A stretch of 63,960 nt of DNA, filler included, from Octopus bimaculoides (taxonomy: Eukaryota), in the NCBI RefSeq assembly GCF_001194135.2. It is 5 parts of 4 records of this genome, joined end to end, with 100 filler letters (N's around TTAATTAATTAA, not from the genome) between each part and the next. Parts side by side here need not be neighbours in the genome. Positions count along the whole stretch, not along the records: positions 1 to 2,873 come from NC_068987.1; positions 2,974 to 23,724 come from NC_068990.1; 3 more parts are not named here. One strand, written 5' to 3'. Made by a program: the position numbers and the translations under genes. This document shows, one piece after another, positions 1 to 11,618 of the stretch. Position 1 is the stretch's first letter, and each line of letters begins with the position of its first letter. The notes below the pieces were generated by a model that worked only from the letters and a program-made list of their open reading frames with translations, was not told where the DNA came from and did no database searches.

Positions 1-37
<37 letters not shown>

Positions 38-39
38 AG

Positions 40-492
40 CCCTCTGGTCTGATACCCAAGAGGTGGTTGGATGGCTCAAGCTTCTTGAAATTAATAAAAC
101 TAGTAATTTATTGCAAATTGATATAGGGAACTACTATGTCACTATCAACCCGATCGTTCTCAATCAAGCCCTTATTTTTAGCATGAAAAGTTCTGATTTG
201 TCCCGACGTGAAATAGATATTCTTGCTGCGCGAGCCAACTTAGTAGATTTTGATGGTTAATTATGGAGAAGGTTAGATAGGGAAAACTCCTTTGATATAG
301 CAACGCGCTCACACGATTCTGCTCAGGCCAGTGACCTAGTCGGAATATATATCCTTTCATTAATCCAGTCTTCCTTTCCTGAAGTCACAGGTGGTCTATA
401 TAGGGATGACGCCTTATTTCTTCTGGACAGAAGTAGTAAAGTACAGTTAGAAATGCATAGAAAAAAATTGTTTAGACATTTCAAAAATTTAG

Positions 493-495
<3 letters not shown>
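40..495 (+). mobile_element. Penelope-like element (Neptune-type) reverse transcriptase fragment, pseudogenised
   Basis: One frame reads ...LQIDIGNYYVTINPIVLNQALIFS...DFDG*LWRRLDRENSFDIATRSHDSAQASDLVGIYILSLIQSSFPEVTGGLYRDDALFLLDRSSKVQLEMHRKKLFRHFKNLGL. YRDD is at 399-410. The decayed FD..MGS.DGAE..ELVG.YIL and GLYRDD..FK..GL motifs are typical of this PLE RT group. One in-frame stop; truncated by (AT)n on both sides. Confidence 0.85.
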
Positions 496-532
<37 letters not shown>

Positions 533-874
533 CTGTATGTGTATTTGTTTCGCTGATGTAAATCGGTAAAGGATGGAGAAGCCAGTGGAGCTCTTCACAC
601 AAATTCTTTTGCTATATTTGTTCTGCGCTCTCGTCACTTTTACCGTCAAAAATGAAGTAGACAAGTAATGAAAATACGTATGATCCGTGTTTCTCATAAA
701 AAATATGACAGTATATTAGAGCTGCTTGCAATTTTTAACATAAGATCGAAATTGGTGAAGTTGTGCCGATACACCTATTACTATTTATTAAAGAATTTTC
801 TAAGTCACCTATTAACTAAAATGAATCATTTCCAACATCACAGATTTCCTTATCCTAAAATATGATCATATAAT

Positions 875-1021
875 GTTGGTTTCAATTTTCGACACAAGTC
901 CAGCAAGTTCGAGGAAAGGGGTAGATCGATTACATTGATCCCAATGTTCATCGACTCCGAAAGAATGAAAGGCAAAGTTGACCTCAACGGATTTGATCTC
1001 AAAACCTAAAGACGGACAAAA
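875..1021 (-). mobile_element. 5'-truncated SINE, family A, with 13-bp target-site duplication
   Basis: Reverse complement carries the family A core (gaggtcaactttgcctttcattctttcggagtcgatg). Flanked by the direct repeat ATGATCATATAAT at 862-874 and 1022-1034. Confidence 0.8.
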
Positions 1022-1082
1022 ATGATCATATAATATTCAAAACTATTAATTCATTCCCCCACCGTACTTGGTACTCCGTCAA

Positions 1083-1394
1083 TTACGACGACGTGAGTTC
1101 CAGTTGATCCGATCAACAGAACAGCCTGCTCGTGAAATTAACGTGCAAGTGGCTGAGCATTCCACAGACACGCGTACTCTTAAAGTAGTTTTACAGTGAG
1201 ATTCAGCGCGACACAGATTGTGATAAGGCTGGCTCTTTGAAATACAGGTACTACTCATTTTTTGCCAGGTGAGTTGAGTGGAGCAACGTGAAATAAAGTG
1301 TCTTGCTCAAGGACACAACGTGCTGTCGGGAATCGAGCTCACAACTTTAAGATAATGAAGCGGATACCCTAACCTCTAAGTCACGTGCCTTCAC
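1083..1394 (-). mobile_element. tRNA-derived SINE with CORE-like segment and tail Y
   Basis: Minus strand starts with a tRNA-like head, then gtgtccttgagcaagacacttt (CORE-like). Its tail (cgtgaaattaacgtgcaagtggctgagca...) is shared with the 55228-55545 copy. Confidence 0.8.
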
Positions 1395-1759
1395 ATTAAT
1401 TTATTCAACACATTAACAATAGGCACTTTCCCTGTATATGCGTTTTTCGTTTAAAATATATACGGTACGGAAGATATGAAAACTTGACGTCTGCTGTGCA
1501 GGTTAATTGAACAGAGGTTAATTGAACAGAAACATTGAACAGATATTCGAGAAGATTCTGATTTAAAAAATGTACACTATCTTGAATTTTGTCCGCGGTA
1601 CCGAGTGTGAATAAGTAGGAATTGTTGAAAACAACGTCGTGTATCGTCCTTGATTTACAAAAGTAAGTGATGGGAAATACCATAAGACACACTAAACCAT
1701 AAGACATTCTAAAGTCGGTTTAGTGTGGATCAGCGAAAGATCCATCAGCACAGGTTCTA

Positions 1760-2245
1760 ATAGTGTGATCTGACAAATTTGCTGGTACAACAGATCAGAG
1801 CAGATGGAACCCAGTGGTGTCCAATTTTAAAAGGAAGATTTGCGTGCCAGAAACGGTTAAAACTTTGCTGCTGTCGAAGTCAATGATAGTTTTCATAAAA
1901 TTTTATTGAGCAAGAATTCACAACCATCAAGATGTAGGACAAGACACTGCAATAGCCTGGGCTTCAGAGGTCTACAGCTCTTCAATATCCTCCTGAAGGA
2001 CCTGAGAGACCTGCATGTGGTGGATGTAGGTGTCTTCAAGATGAAGCTGGACCTCTTCCTGTCAGGTGTCCCAGATGAACCAACTCCACGGCAGGAGGTG
2101 CAGATGAGAGCAGCTGCATCAAACTCTCTCATGCACCAAATGTCAATTCCTGAAGTAAAATTGTGTAGCAACACCAAATGGCGGTGCCCCAGCATGGCCA
2201 CAGCTCATGAGCTGAAACTAGATAAAATGAAAAAAATGAAATGAA
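1760..2245 (+). mobile_element. 3' end of a LINE (C-terminal region downstream of RT, Jockey/I-group-like)
   Basis: ORF 1906-2244 contains RTRHCNSLGFRGLQLFNILLKDLRDL...VFKMKLDLFLSGVPDEP, matching the (GP)xLFNxLPxxLR...FKxxLDxFLxxVPDEP tail of such LINEs. Ends in short (AAATG)n repeats. Confidence 0.75.
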
Positions 2246-2289
2246 CCAGGTACCTTGGATGGTAGGTTTCAGGGGATTCCTTTCTCCAT

Positions 2290-2460
2290 CGTTTAACAAT
2301 AAGGATTCAGTTACTCGATATGAAATATCTGCTCATTGAATTAATGCATAGGTGGCTGAGTATTCCACAGATAGTGCACACCTAATGTAATTCCCAGGCA
2401 CAGTCAAACATGATACAGTATGTGACAAGACTGCACCTTTGAATTACAGGTACACCCCGC
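2290..2460 (-). mobile_element. Degenerate SINE tail-Y fragment
   Basis: gtggctgagtattccacagat...tgtgacaagactgcacctttgaattacaggtac is similar to 1130-1255 and 55228-55347. Confidence 0.6.
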
Positions 2461-2917
2461 TCAGCAGGCTTCTATGCAGTTTCTGTCTATCCAATTTTGA
2501 TCTGAAGATTCTAGGTCCTTGTGATTGTGAAGAGAACTGCTTAACCATTCTGACATGCTTATACATACATACATACATACATACACACACACACATACAT
2601 ACATACATGTATGTATGTATGTATGTATGTATGTACGTATGTATGTATGTATGTATGTATGTATGTATGTATTTATATAAATATATATATCTATACTATA
2701 TATAAAACAGAGATGTGTGTGTAATCGCTTTTCACGTGAAATCGACTTCACCAAATGCTTCCATATTGCTTTATATTTAAGATTCACTTCTTTAAAAAGG
2801 TTCCTCAATGTCAACTTCCGGTATTGACGTAACAACTGCAAAAAGCTTCACTCTCTATTTTGTGTGTTCGTGTNNNNNNNNNNNNNNNNNNNNNNNNNNN
2901 NNNNNNNNNNNNNNNNN

Positions 2918-2929
2918 TTAATTAATTAA
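2918..2929. other. Artificial scaffolding linker TTAATTAATTAA inside a 100-bp gap (also 23769-80, 44478-89, 62728-39)
   Basis: All four are identical: 44 N + TTAATTAATTAA (stop codons in all six frames) + 44 N. Confidence 0.95.
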
Positions 2930-2973
2930 NNNNNNNNNNNNNNNNNNNNNNNNNNNNNNNNNNNNNNNNNNNN

Positions 2974-4806
2974 TATATATATAAAGGTCAGGTTGTGTAT
3001 GTGTGTCTATAAACCCGCATAAATTCTGAAGTTCACAACTGATTTTCCGCAATCTGGGAACATGCTTTACTTACGTTCCAGTGATGGATTAAGACTCTTA
3101 AATTGTTTTCACGTAAACAGTAACGGGCCTTTTAGGGGACAGAAAACACCTCTTCATGAGTTAAGTGGACAAGAGAGCTAACTCCTCGCGAAGAAGATTT
3201 CAGAAAATGGTTGTTGCCCTCACATACAGCGCGATTCATCCGCTAAACGTTTTTCATCGTTTAAAAATATTATTGTTAATTAATGTTTTTTATTGACATT
3301 TAATTATTAATATAAAAGTGTCATCTCAACCCGTTGTATGTATTTCGTAACATTTGTTACGTTATTGATATTATATACCGTTTGTATTGATATTTCATTA
3401 TTAACGTACATTTGTCATTTTATTTTATTACATCATATTTCTTCACCAAATGTCTCCACAGAGGAGATCCTCTGTTGTTTGGAAAATGACCATTATCTCA
3501 ATTCACTGTGTGAAAGAGCAATACTGACTCCAAAGCACAGCACTATAAGTCGAATTAATGAGCAACTGCTGCAGTACCTTCCTGGAAGTCCTCACGTCTA
3601 CAAGTTAGTTGATACAATCCCAGATCTAGAAGAGATGGTAAGTTATGCAACAAAATTTCTCAGTTTACATGTTCCTCCAGGACTACCTCAACAACGTTGG
3701 AAACTTAAAGTGGGAATTCCAGTAATGTTATTGAGAAATTTGGATCCTCCATCACTCTGCAATGGGACACGCCTGGTCGTAAAGAAGATGGTGCCACATG
3801 TAATTGAGGCCACTATTCTCTCTGGATGTGGAAAAGGAGAGGTTTTCACACCCAGGATTCATTTCATTCCATCGCGAGGAGAAATTACATTTTCATTCAG
3901 AAGAGTGCAATTTCCTATACGCATTAGCTTTGCAATGTCTATCAATAAATTCCAGGTCCAAACACTGTCTGTGGTAGGACTTCACTAGGAACAGTCATGC
4001 TTCTCAAACGGACAAGTATTTGTTCCCTGCTTTAGAGTGGGAGTCAAAAAAGAAATCTACTCACATTTGTTCCACCAGGGAAAGTAAAGAATATTATTTC
4101 CCAAGACGTTTTGTTTAGGAATTATCGCATCATACGATGCGCTGCAGTATCCACTGCTCTTTGTGAATGGTGAAGACGGATACCATTTCGGCATAATACC
4201 AACACGCCCGAAGACTTCATCAACAAAGCAGTTTCCTGCATGAACATCAACATCAACATATATTCTCAAATTACTCCCACCAACCACAAAGTAAGCCATT
4301 ACCCCTTATTTGTTTAAGTAATTCATTACTACATACTCTCATGTAATTGCATAGCTTCAGTTTATGTTTCTTATTCCACAGCCACACCAGCAAACCAATG
4401 TCAAAACTTTGCCTTCTGCAACATTTCAACAGTACACTTCCCGTTGCCATCACCCATTGCAGCCCCATTCCGGAATGTACCCATTTACGTACAATTTCAA
4501 TTACGCCTAGATCCACTCGACTGTCGACCATATGACGTGTAGTGTTAGACGCAACACCGACCACCACAATGGAGAGTATAACTACTGACAGCTTTTCAGT
4601 GCGTTCAAAAATCACATACACCCCGCCCCCAATTTTTCACCAAACGGACACATGTCATGTCGCTTAGTCGAATTAACACATCATTTAGTCTACAAATGCT
4701 TTGTCGTCAATGCTGCACTTTCCCGTAACACACATTTCAACATAGTTCTGATACATATTCTAACTATGCTATTTTAATCCCTAGCAACGCTAGGTATCTC
4801 TGCTAG
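2974..4806 (+). mobile_element. Non-autonomous Helitron derivative (PIF1-like helicase C-terminus plus Rep-region fragment)
   Basis: Helicase motifs RAILTPK, PPGLPQ..LKVG.PVMLLRNLDPPSLCNGTRL, QFPIRISFAMSINKFQVQTL. Canonical 3' end: hairpin CCTAGC-AAC-GCTAGG (4780-4794), then CTAG (4803-4806) followed by T. The 5' end abuts a gap and is approximate. Confidence 0.9.
3445..4113 (+). pseudogene. Helitron PIF1-family helicase C-terminal fragment
   Basis: ORF 3338-3988 (its start is probably non-coding) continues past a stop as EQSCFSNGQVFVPCFRVG...KVKNIISQDVL, a decayed form of HGQLYVACSRV...TKNIVYxEVL. Confidence 0.9.
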
Positions 4807-4847
4807 TATAAACACACACATACACACATTTATGAGCTTAAGTGTGT

Positions 4848-4951
4848 CTAAATATATATATATATATATAGATAGATAGATAGATACATACATACATACA
4901 TACATACATAGATAGATACATACATAGATAGATAGATACAAAGATAGATAA

Positions 4952-5040
<89 letters not shown>

Positions 5041-5066
5041 TAGGTAGGTAGATATATAGATATATA
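4848..5066. repeat. Compound (AT)n/(GATA)n/(TACA)n microsatellite, representative of dozens in the window
   Basis: Directly visible. Other large arrays: 2560-2700 (TACA), 9225-9303 (CAT), 10686-10737 (TAG), 17550-17675 (CAT/ATT), 34620-34745 (CAT), 35690-36150 (GATA/GACA/GGTA), 62205-62410 (GAT/GGT). Confidence 0.98.
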
Positions 5067-7011
5067 TGTCTGTACCAGTTTTATTAGAGTTACTGTCAAT
5101 GCATTTTCCTTGTTTTGGCTAGGTACCTTAGTGTCCTGGTTTGAACTTCATGCTACCAGGCGGCAGAAGCGTTAAATTAATCATAAAACTAATGCCAGTG
5201 AAATAAACGACTGAGATCCTAAATGCGGTGAACCATTATGCATGATTTTGATCTCTTGGATCGATAAGCGCATAAAAATGATCTTTCTAACTTTGTATGG
5301 TAATTTTTTTTTTAGAAAATAACACGTTTAAATAGTAGAAACGTTTTACAAAGTAAGCAGTAAAGAAGATTATACGCGCGTGTGTGTGTGTCTGTGTGTG
5401 TGCTTATGCTGTTGGTGTGTGTGACGTTTGTGTGTATGTGTATAATAGAAAATTACGAAGATATAAAAACGAAGAGACAAAAAATATCGTTATCGTAAAT
5501 GCTACATAGAGATAGTGAAAGAAAGAGAATAAGGGAAAAAGAGATAGACAGAAAGATATCGACGGAGAGACGGAGAGAAACAGACAGAGATTAAGAGTAG
5601 ACGTAAAGAGAAGCATACATTGTTGAAAAATTATAATTAACTCAATATAAAAGGGCTGATTGAGACGCTGGTGAGAGTTACAACCATGAAGAAAACTGAG
5701 AGATCAAGCAGCCGAGAGAATAAAAGTGAGAGGTTTCAAGGAATGGACTTTAAGAGCAATATATGGAAATATAAAGAAATGGACATTCATAAACAGAAAT
5801 AATGGGAAGACGCAGACATAATGGAATGTGGGAAACCAGAAAAAATAAAACAGGAACAGATAAAGAGATCACACGGTGGAAAATGAGCAAGATGATGAAG
5901 AGAAGCGTTTTGTTTATGAGAGAGAAGTGAGTTGAAAAGAAAATGATTAATTTCTGAGAAAGAAAACAGGAAATGGTGAATGAAAGCACAAACCGAAGAC
6001 AGACGTGAAGATAGAAACTGGAAAGGAATGAAACAATAATGACGTTGAGAAAGTGAGAGTCAGAGAGGTGGGCACCGCAGCTGGAAAATGACAGAGACAG
6101 GCCTTTTGTTTGAGAGAAGAGAATTTTAATAAAATTTAATAAATAGAATGAAGACGAAGAAAAAAATATTACAGTCAAATTACACATATTTATATCGTAT
6201 TTTTGTGTATATATTTTATATTTTTCTCTTTTCTCTTTTAACACTATTCTTTAATTTTATTTTCAGTTATTTTATTTCATGTTTTACATTTTTTGTTTCT
6301 TATTTAGCTTCTAGACTTTTATAAAATGTCACGACACTCTAAGCCACTTGTGGCAATGAGAATTAAAATTTCAGCTTTATTTTGAAATCTAATTTAATTA
6401 ATCTATTTTAAAATACTCTAACACGTACCGCTGAGAGAATAATAAAAATATTAGTAATAATAAGATGAAGATGAAGAATTTAATGGAGAAAATAAAGAGG
6501 AAATGAGGGTGAGGGAGGAGAGACGAAGAAAAAAATTAAGACGAAAGTGAGTGATGATTAAAATGATGTTGATTATTATTTCAAAGAAATAACTGTCATA
6601 AGTTGAAAAACATCTGCGTAAGTTAATTTCAATTAACTAGTGAATTAGTTGTTTTTTTTTTATTATTGGATAGTTTGTTTGTGATAACACATTAGAGTTT
6701 GATAGGAAAGTGTACTGATTGGTTCGCACTACAAAAAGTCAACGAGACTAAAATTTTCATATTTACGCCCTTAATTTACTTTTCCTTTTCAAGTTATAAC
6801 TTTCTAATTTCAGTGTATTTAATATTGCCAGACTGGCTTCAATATTAGAGGATGAACATAGTATTTCAGTGATGATTTCGTCCTTTGTTTATCCTCTACC
6901 CTTATATGTAGCTTGGAAATTTTCTTGTTTAGATAAAGTCATTATATTTGGGAGAGACATTTCGGAGTATTTCAGACAAAGAATTGATTTCAATAGAAAA
7001 CGGCCAAAAAC

Positions 7012-7217
7012 AGCGGTGAGCTAGCAGAATCGTTAACACGCCGGGCAAAATGTTTAACGGCATTTCTGTCATATTTACGTTCTGATTTCAAATTACACCG
7101 AGGTCAAGTGTGTCTTTCATCCTATCGTGGTCGATAAAATAAGTTCTAGTTGAATACTCAAGACGGCGTAATCGACTTACTCCTTCACTTGAAATTGTGC
7201 TAAAATTTGAAATCAAT
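7012..7217 (+). mobile_element. SINE family A copy
   Basis: gcggtgagctagcagaatcgttaacacgccggg head plus gaggtcaa...tttcatcctatcgtggtcgataaaataag core, as in 19081 and 61645. Confidence 0.85.
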
Positions 7218-7467
7218 ATATTGCGTATAAAGATTGATTTTACATTCAAGATTTCATATTGAATCTTATATATAATGTCTATTAAAATGCAAGATCTATC
7301 CACTTACAATCTCGTGGAGAATGTGAACACTGTATTTTGTCCTTTTAATGCACGCATAGGATAAACGGATAAGTAAAGTAAATGCAAATTTATTTCATTT
7401 TAAAATACCCAAACTCATTCGCATAAACATATCATTAATTTATAATTAAAAAATTGCTGATATTTGT

Positions 7468-7651
7468 TTCAAAGTTTGACACAAAGACTAAAGTTTCGGG
7501 GAAGGGGCTAAGTCGATTACATCGACCTCAATGCCAAACTGTTACATGTTTTATCGTCCCCGGAAATATGAGGAAAAAAGCAACCGTAAAGTCGTACGAA
7601 ATGGCGCTAAATATTTTGCCCGGAGTGTAAACGACTCTGTCAGCTCGCCGC
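7468..7651 (-). mobile_element. Degenerate SINE family A copy
   Basis: Reverse complement starts gcggcgagctgacagagtcgtttacactccggg and includes gtcgatgtaatcgacttagcccc. Confidence 0.75.
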
Positions 7652-9259
7652 TAATACCCGAATAAAACAATACTCATGTTCATATACGTAACATTAGGTA
7701 TGATAGGCTTATATGCAGTTGTGAAAGCTGTATTGGGTCCTATGGTATTTTCAAACGCTCTACTGACATTATCTAATCAATGCCAGAGCTTACCAATCGG
7801 ACAATTATCCAAGTAGATGTAAAACAAAAAGCATCAGGCGTTCGTCATTGGACGTGGGACATACAATCCCAATCCAGAAAAAATGAAACGATTACTAATC
7901 TGGGATCTAAAATCAGAAAAAAATAATCGAATCTTAGATATGCCGTCGTGACGCCAAAACATTTTTTCCAAGAGCAAAAAATACAATAATAATAAAACAC
8001 GTTGAAATGATTACTATTTTCACAGATAACACTTTTTCTATCGCATTTTCTAATGAGTAATTTCAAGTTAGGCTATTTCAGGTTGATGTGCCCTACGCAA
8101 CACAGAAAATTCGGTTATATATCGGTTACACGATTGATTATTTTTCGTAACATCCTCTGGAAACTATCGTAGACTTAATAAAGCTAAAACCTTAATATCT
8201 TAATTATTTAAGATGCAGTTGCTATTCCAATCTCACCAGGTTTACTCATAAAATTAAATTTTCTATTTATTACGGTTATATTTTCCATCGCTAGTTATCA
8301 TTATATGTCATACTTGTTGCTATATATGTATATTGTTGCCTGTTATTTGAACGCTAGTGAGACGATGTGTGTATATGTAGCTATGTGCGTAAGTAATGTA
8401 TGGTTTTTCTATATGTAGCAGTAAATGTGCATTGGATCTGCTTCCGGCTGTATTCCATTATAGTCTTGTTATAATTTGCTAATGAGGATCACTCATTAAA
8501 GCTAACATTTTCTGTTTGTTTTTGTGCAAAATATTTCACCAGCTTTTTTACTATACAATCGTACGCATGTGAGTCAGCAAACGTGTGTGCATTTCACATG
8601 TGCAAGCATACANNNNNNNNNNATATATATATGCATATATATATATGAGAGAGAGTGAGTGATAGAGAGGGAGAGAGAAAGAAAGGGAGGGTGTTCTAGA
8701 AGAAAATGGAGGGCGACTTATTTTATTGTTTTAATCACCTTTTACAAGCCACCCAACCGCTTATTTTTCGATCCATTAAAGTTTCCCATCAGCATTGTGT
8801 TAAATTTAGAGAGCAAAATAGAAGAAACAAGAAAATAAATAATACAAATAGCAATGATAATATAAGGCATAAATTAAAACAAACAAAACAGGAGAAAATC
8901 AAATTATTTTGCGTGTACGTTCATCACTTTTTATTCATCTTTCTCTCTTAAAACATCAACATCAATAATATTATAATCTCTCCTCGACCACCACCATTTG
9001 CAAAACAACAACAAAGATAATGACGATGATGACGCTAACCAAAATAACAAGAATAATTTTAAGGATAACTATAATGATAACAATAACAACTAAAACAGCA
9101 GCCCCTTAATAATAATAATAATAATAATCTTCAGCGTTGATGCTGCAGTCGTTTTCATCAAGGCCCGTACAAGCATAACATGATCAACATGAACAAAATA
9201 TATCTTTACTCTTTTTAATCATCATGATCATAATCATCATCATCATCATCATCATAATT

Positions 9260-9297
<38 letters not shown>

Positions 9298-10685
9298 TAT
9301 TATNNNNNNNNNNNNNNNNNNNNNNNNNNNNNNNNNNNNNNNNNNNNNNNNNNNNNNNNNNNNNNNNNNNNNNNNNNNNNNNNNNNNNNNNNNNNNNNNN
9401 NNNNNNNNNNNNNNNNNNNNNNNNNNNNNNNNNNNNNNNNNNNNNNNNNNNNNNNNNNNNNNNNNNNNNNNNNNNNNNNNNNNNNNNNNNNNNNNNNNNN
9501 NNNNNNNNNNNNNNNNNNNNNNNNNNNNNNNNNNNNNNNNNNNNNNNNNNNNNNNNNNNNNNNNNNNNNNNNNNNNNNNNNNNNNNNNNNNNNNNNNNNN
9601 NNNNNNNNNNNNNNNNNNNNNNNNNNNNNNNNNNNNNNNNNNNNNNNNNNNNNNNNNNNNNNNNNNNNNNNNNNNNNNNNNNNNNNNNNNNNNNNNNNNN
9701 NNNNNNNNNNNNNNNNNNNNNNNNNNNNNNNNNNNNNNNNNNNNNNNNNNNNNNNNNNNNNNNNNNNNNNNNNNNNNNNNNNNNNNNNNNNNNNNNNNNN
9801 NNNNNNNNNNNNNNNNNNNNNNNNNNNNNNNNNNNNNNNNNNNNNNNNNNNNNNNNNNNNNNNNNNNNNNNNNNNNNNNNNNNNNNNNNNNNNNNNNNNN
9901 NNNNNNNNNNNNNNNNNNNNNNNNNNNNNNNNNNNNNNNNNNNNNNNNNNNNNNNNNNNNNNNNNNNNNNNNNNNNNNNNNNNNNNNNNNNNNNNNNNNN
10001 NNNNNNNNNNNNNNNNNNNNNNNNNNNNNNNNNNNNNNNNNNNNNNNNNNNNNNNNNNNNNNNNNNNNNNNNNNNNNNNNNNNNNNNNNNNNNNNNNNNN
10101 NNNNNNNNNNNNNNNNNNNNNNNNNNNNNNNNNNNNNNNNNNNNNNNNNNNNNNNNNNNNNNNNNNNNNNNNNNNNNNNNNNNNNNNNNNNNNNNNNNNN
10201 NNNNNNNNNNNNNNNNNNNNNNNNNNNNNNNNNNNNNNNNNNNNNNNNNNNNNNNNNNNNNNNNNNNNNNNNNNNNNNNNNNNNNNNNNNNNNNNNNNNN
10301 NNNATATATATATGTGTGTGTGTGTGTGTGTATGTATTTGTGTATATGTGTCAGTGTTTCTGTGTGTGTACATGAGTATATAAATACGCACAGCCTCGCA
10401 CATACACACATAAATACACACACACACACACACACACACGTATGTATATAGATAGCTTTAGTAAATTTCTGGAAATAATACTTTTTACAATTTACATCAT
10501 ATTTGCATAATTTCTTTATAATTCAAAATTGATATATTTGCCACACACGTTAACAGATTGGATTTATTAGAAACTTAATGAAAAATCTTGTCCATTATAA
10601 AGATACAGGATGCATTTACGCACAGATACGCATAGAAGTACGCACCACACACATTTCACCAAGCACTGCCAGGTTTAACATTATT

Positions 10686-10738
<53 letters not shown>

Positions 10739-11254
10739 TTCGTGGAGTTTTTGTAGTGGCAAAATCAGCTAAGGCAACTACAGCTGTCACAAATTTAAGA
10801 ACGATTTTGTTTCTAATTTCGATATCGGTTTCGAGTTGAGGTGAATTAAAATTTTGCCTATGAAATAAAGAGAATATTTTTTTTCCTTCCGATTAGAAAC
10901 ACTCCGTATAATATGGAATTCAGTTTCAACTCTAATATCAAAGATATTTCGATCACAAAAATATCATATTTTGAATAATTCAGCTTGTAGGTAACAGAAA
11001 ATCAAGCGTGCACGCACTCAGTTTTGCATACACAATAAATGGTATTTTCTGTGGGAAACTGGTTAATTTTGTTCAGTTGTTCATTTCTTCGGCAATATAT
11101 GAAAATCTAGCAATATGTTTCCTCATTTCCACTTCAATGTGTCTCTGCATATATATTTTACATACAGAGACACATTCGAGAATAATACTACTGCTATTTA
11201 GCCCTAGGAAGCTCCAGCGCTACCTGTCGGCCTTAATACATTTCCTGTGTCCTT

Positions 11255-11298
<44 letters not shown>

Positions 11299-11472
11299 CA
11301 TTTNNNNNNNNNNNNNNNNNNNNNNNNNNNNNNNNNNNNNNNNNNNNNNNNNNNNNNNNNNNNNNNNNNNNNNNNNNNNNNNNNNNNNNNNNNNNNNNNN
11401 NNNNNNNNNNNNNNNNNNNNNNNNNNNNNNNNNNNNNNNNNNNNNNTATATATATATATATATACATACATT

Positions 11473-11618
11473 TTTCCGTCTACCAAATTCACTCACAAGG
11501 CGTTGGTCGGCCCAAGGCTATAGTAGAAGACACTTGCCCAAGGTGCCACGCAGTGGGACTGAAACGCGAACCATGTGGTTGTTAAGCAAGCTACTTACCA
11601 TATAACCACTCCCGGCCC
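11473..11618 (-). mobile_element. CORE-type tRNA SINE (family B, OR2-like) head
   Basis: Reverse complement has a tRNA-like head and gtggcaccttgggcaagtgtcttctactatagcc (CORE-like), as in 27112 and 63345. Confidence 0.85.

Noticed and set aside
5450-6170. 700-bp purine-skewed (GA-rich) tract
   Set aside because: Low-complexity decay typical of this genome; no periodic unit or long mirror repeat found.
9215-10439. Long ORFs of 170-400 aa (also at 22.4, 26.1, 33.3, 36.4, 38.2 and 42.8 kb)
   Set aside because: Made of N-runs and microsatellite translations (YIYI, HTHT, poly-I/D).
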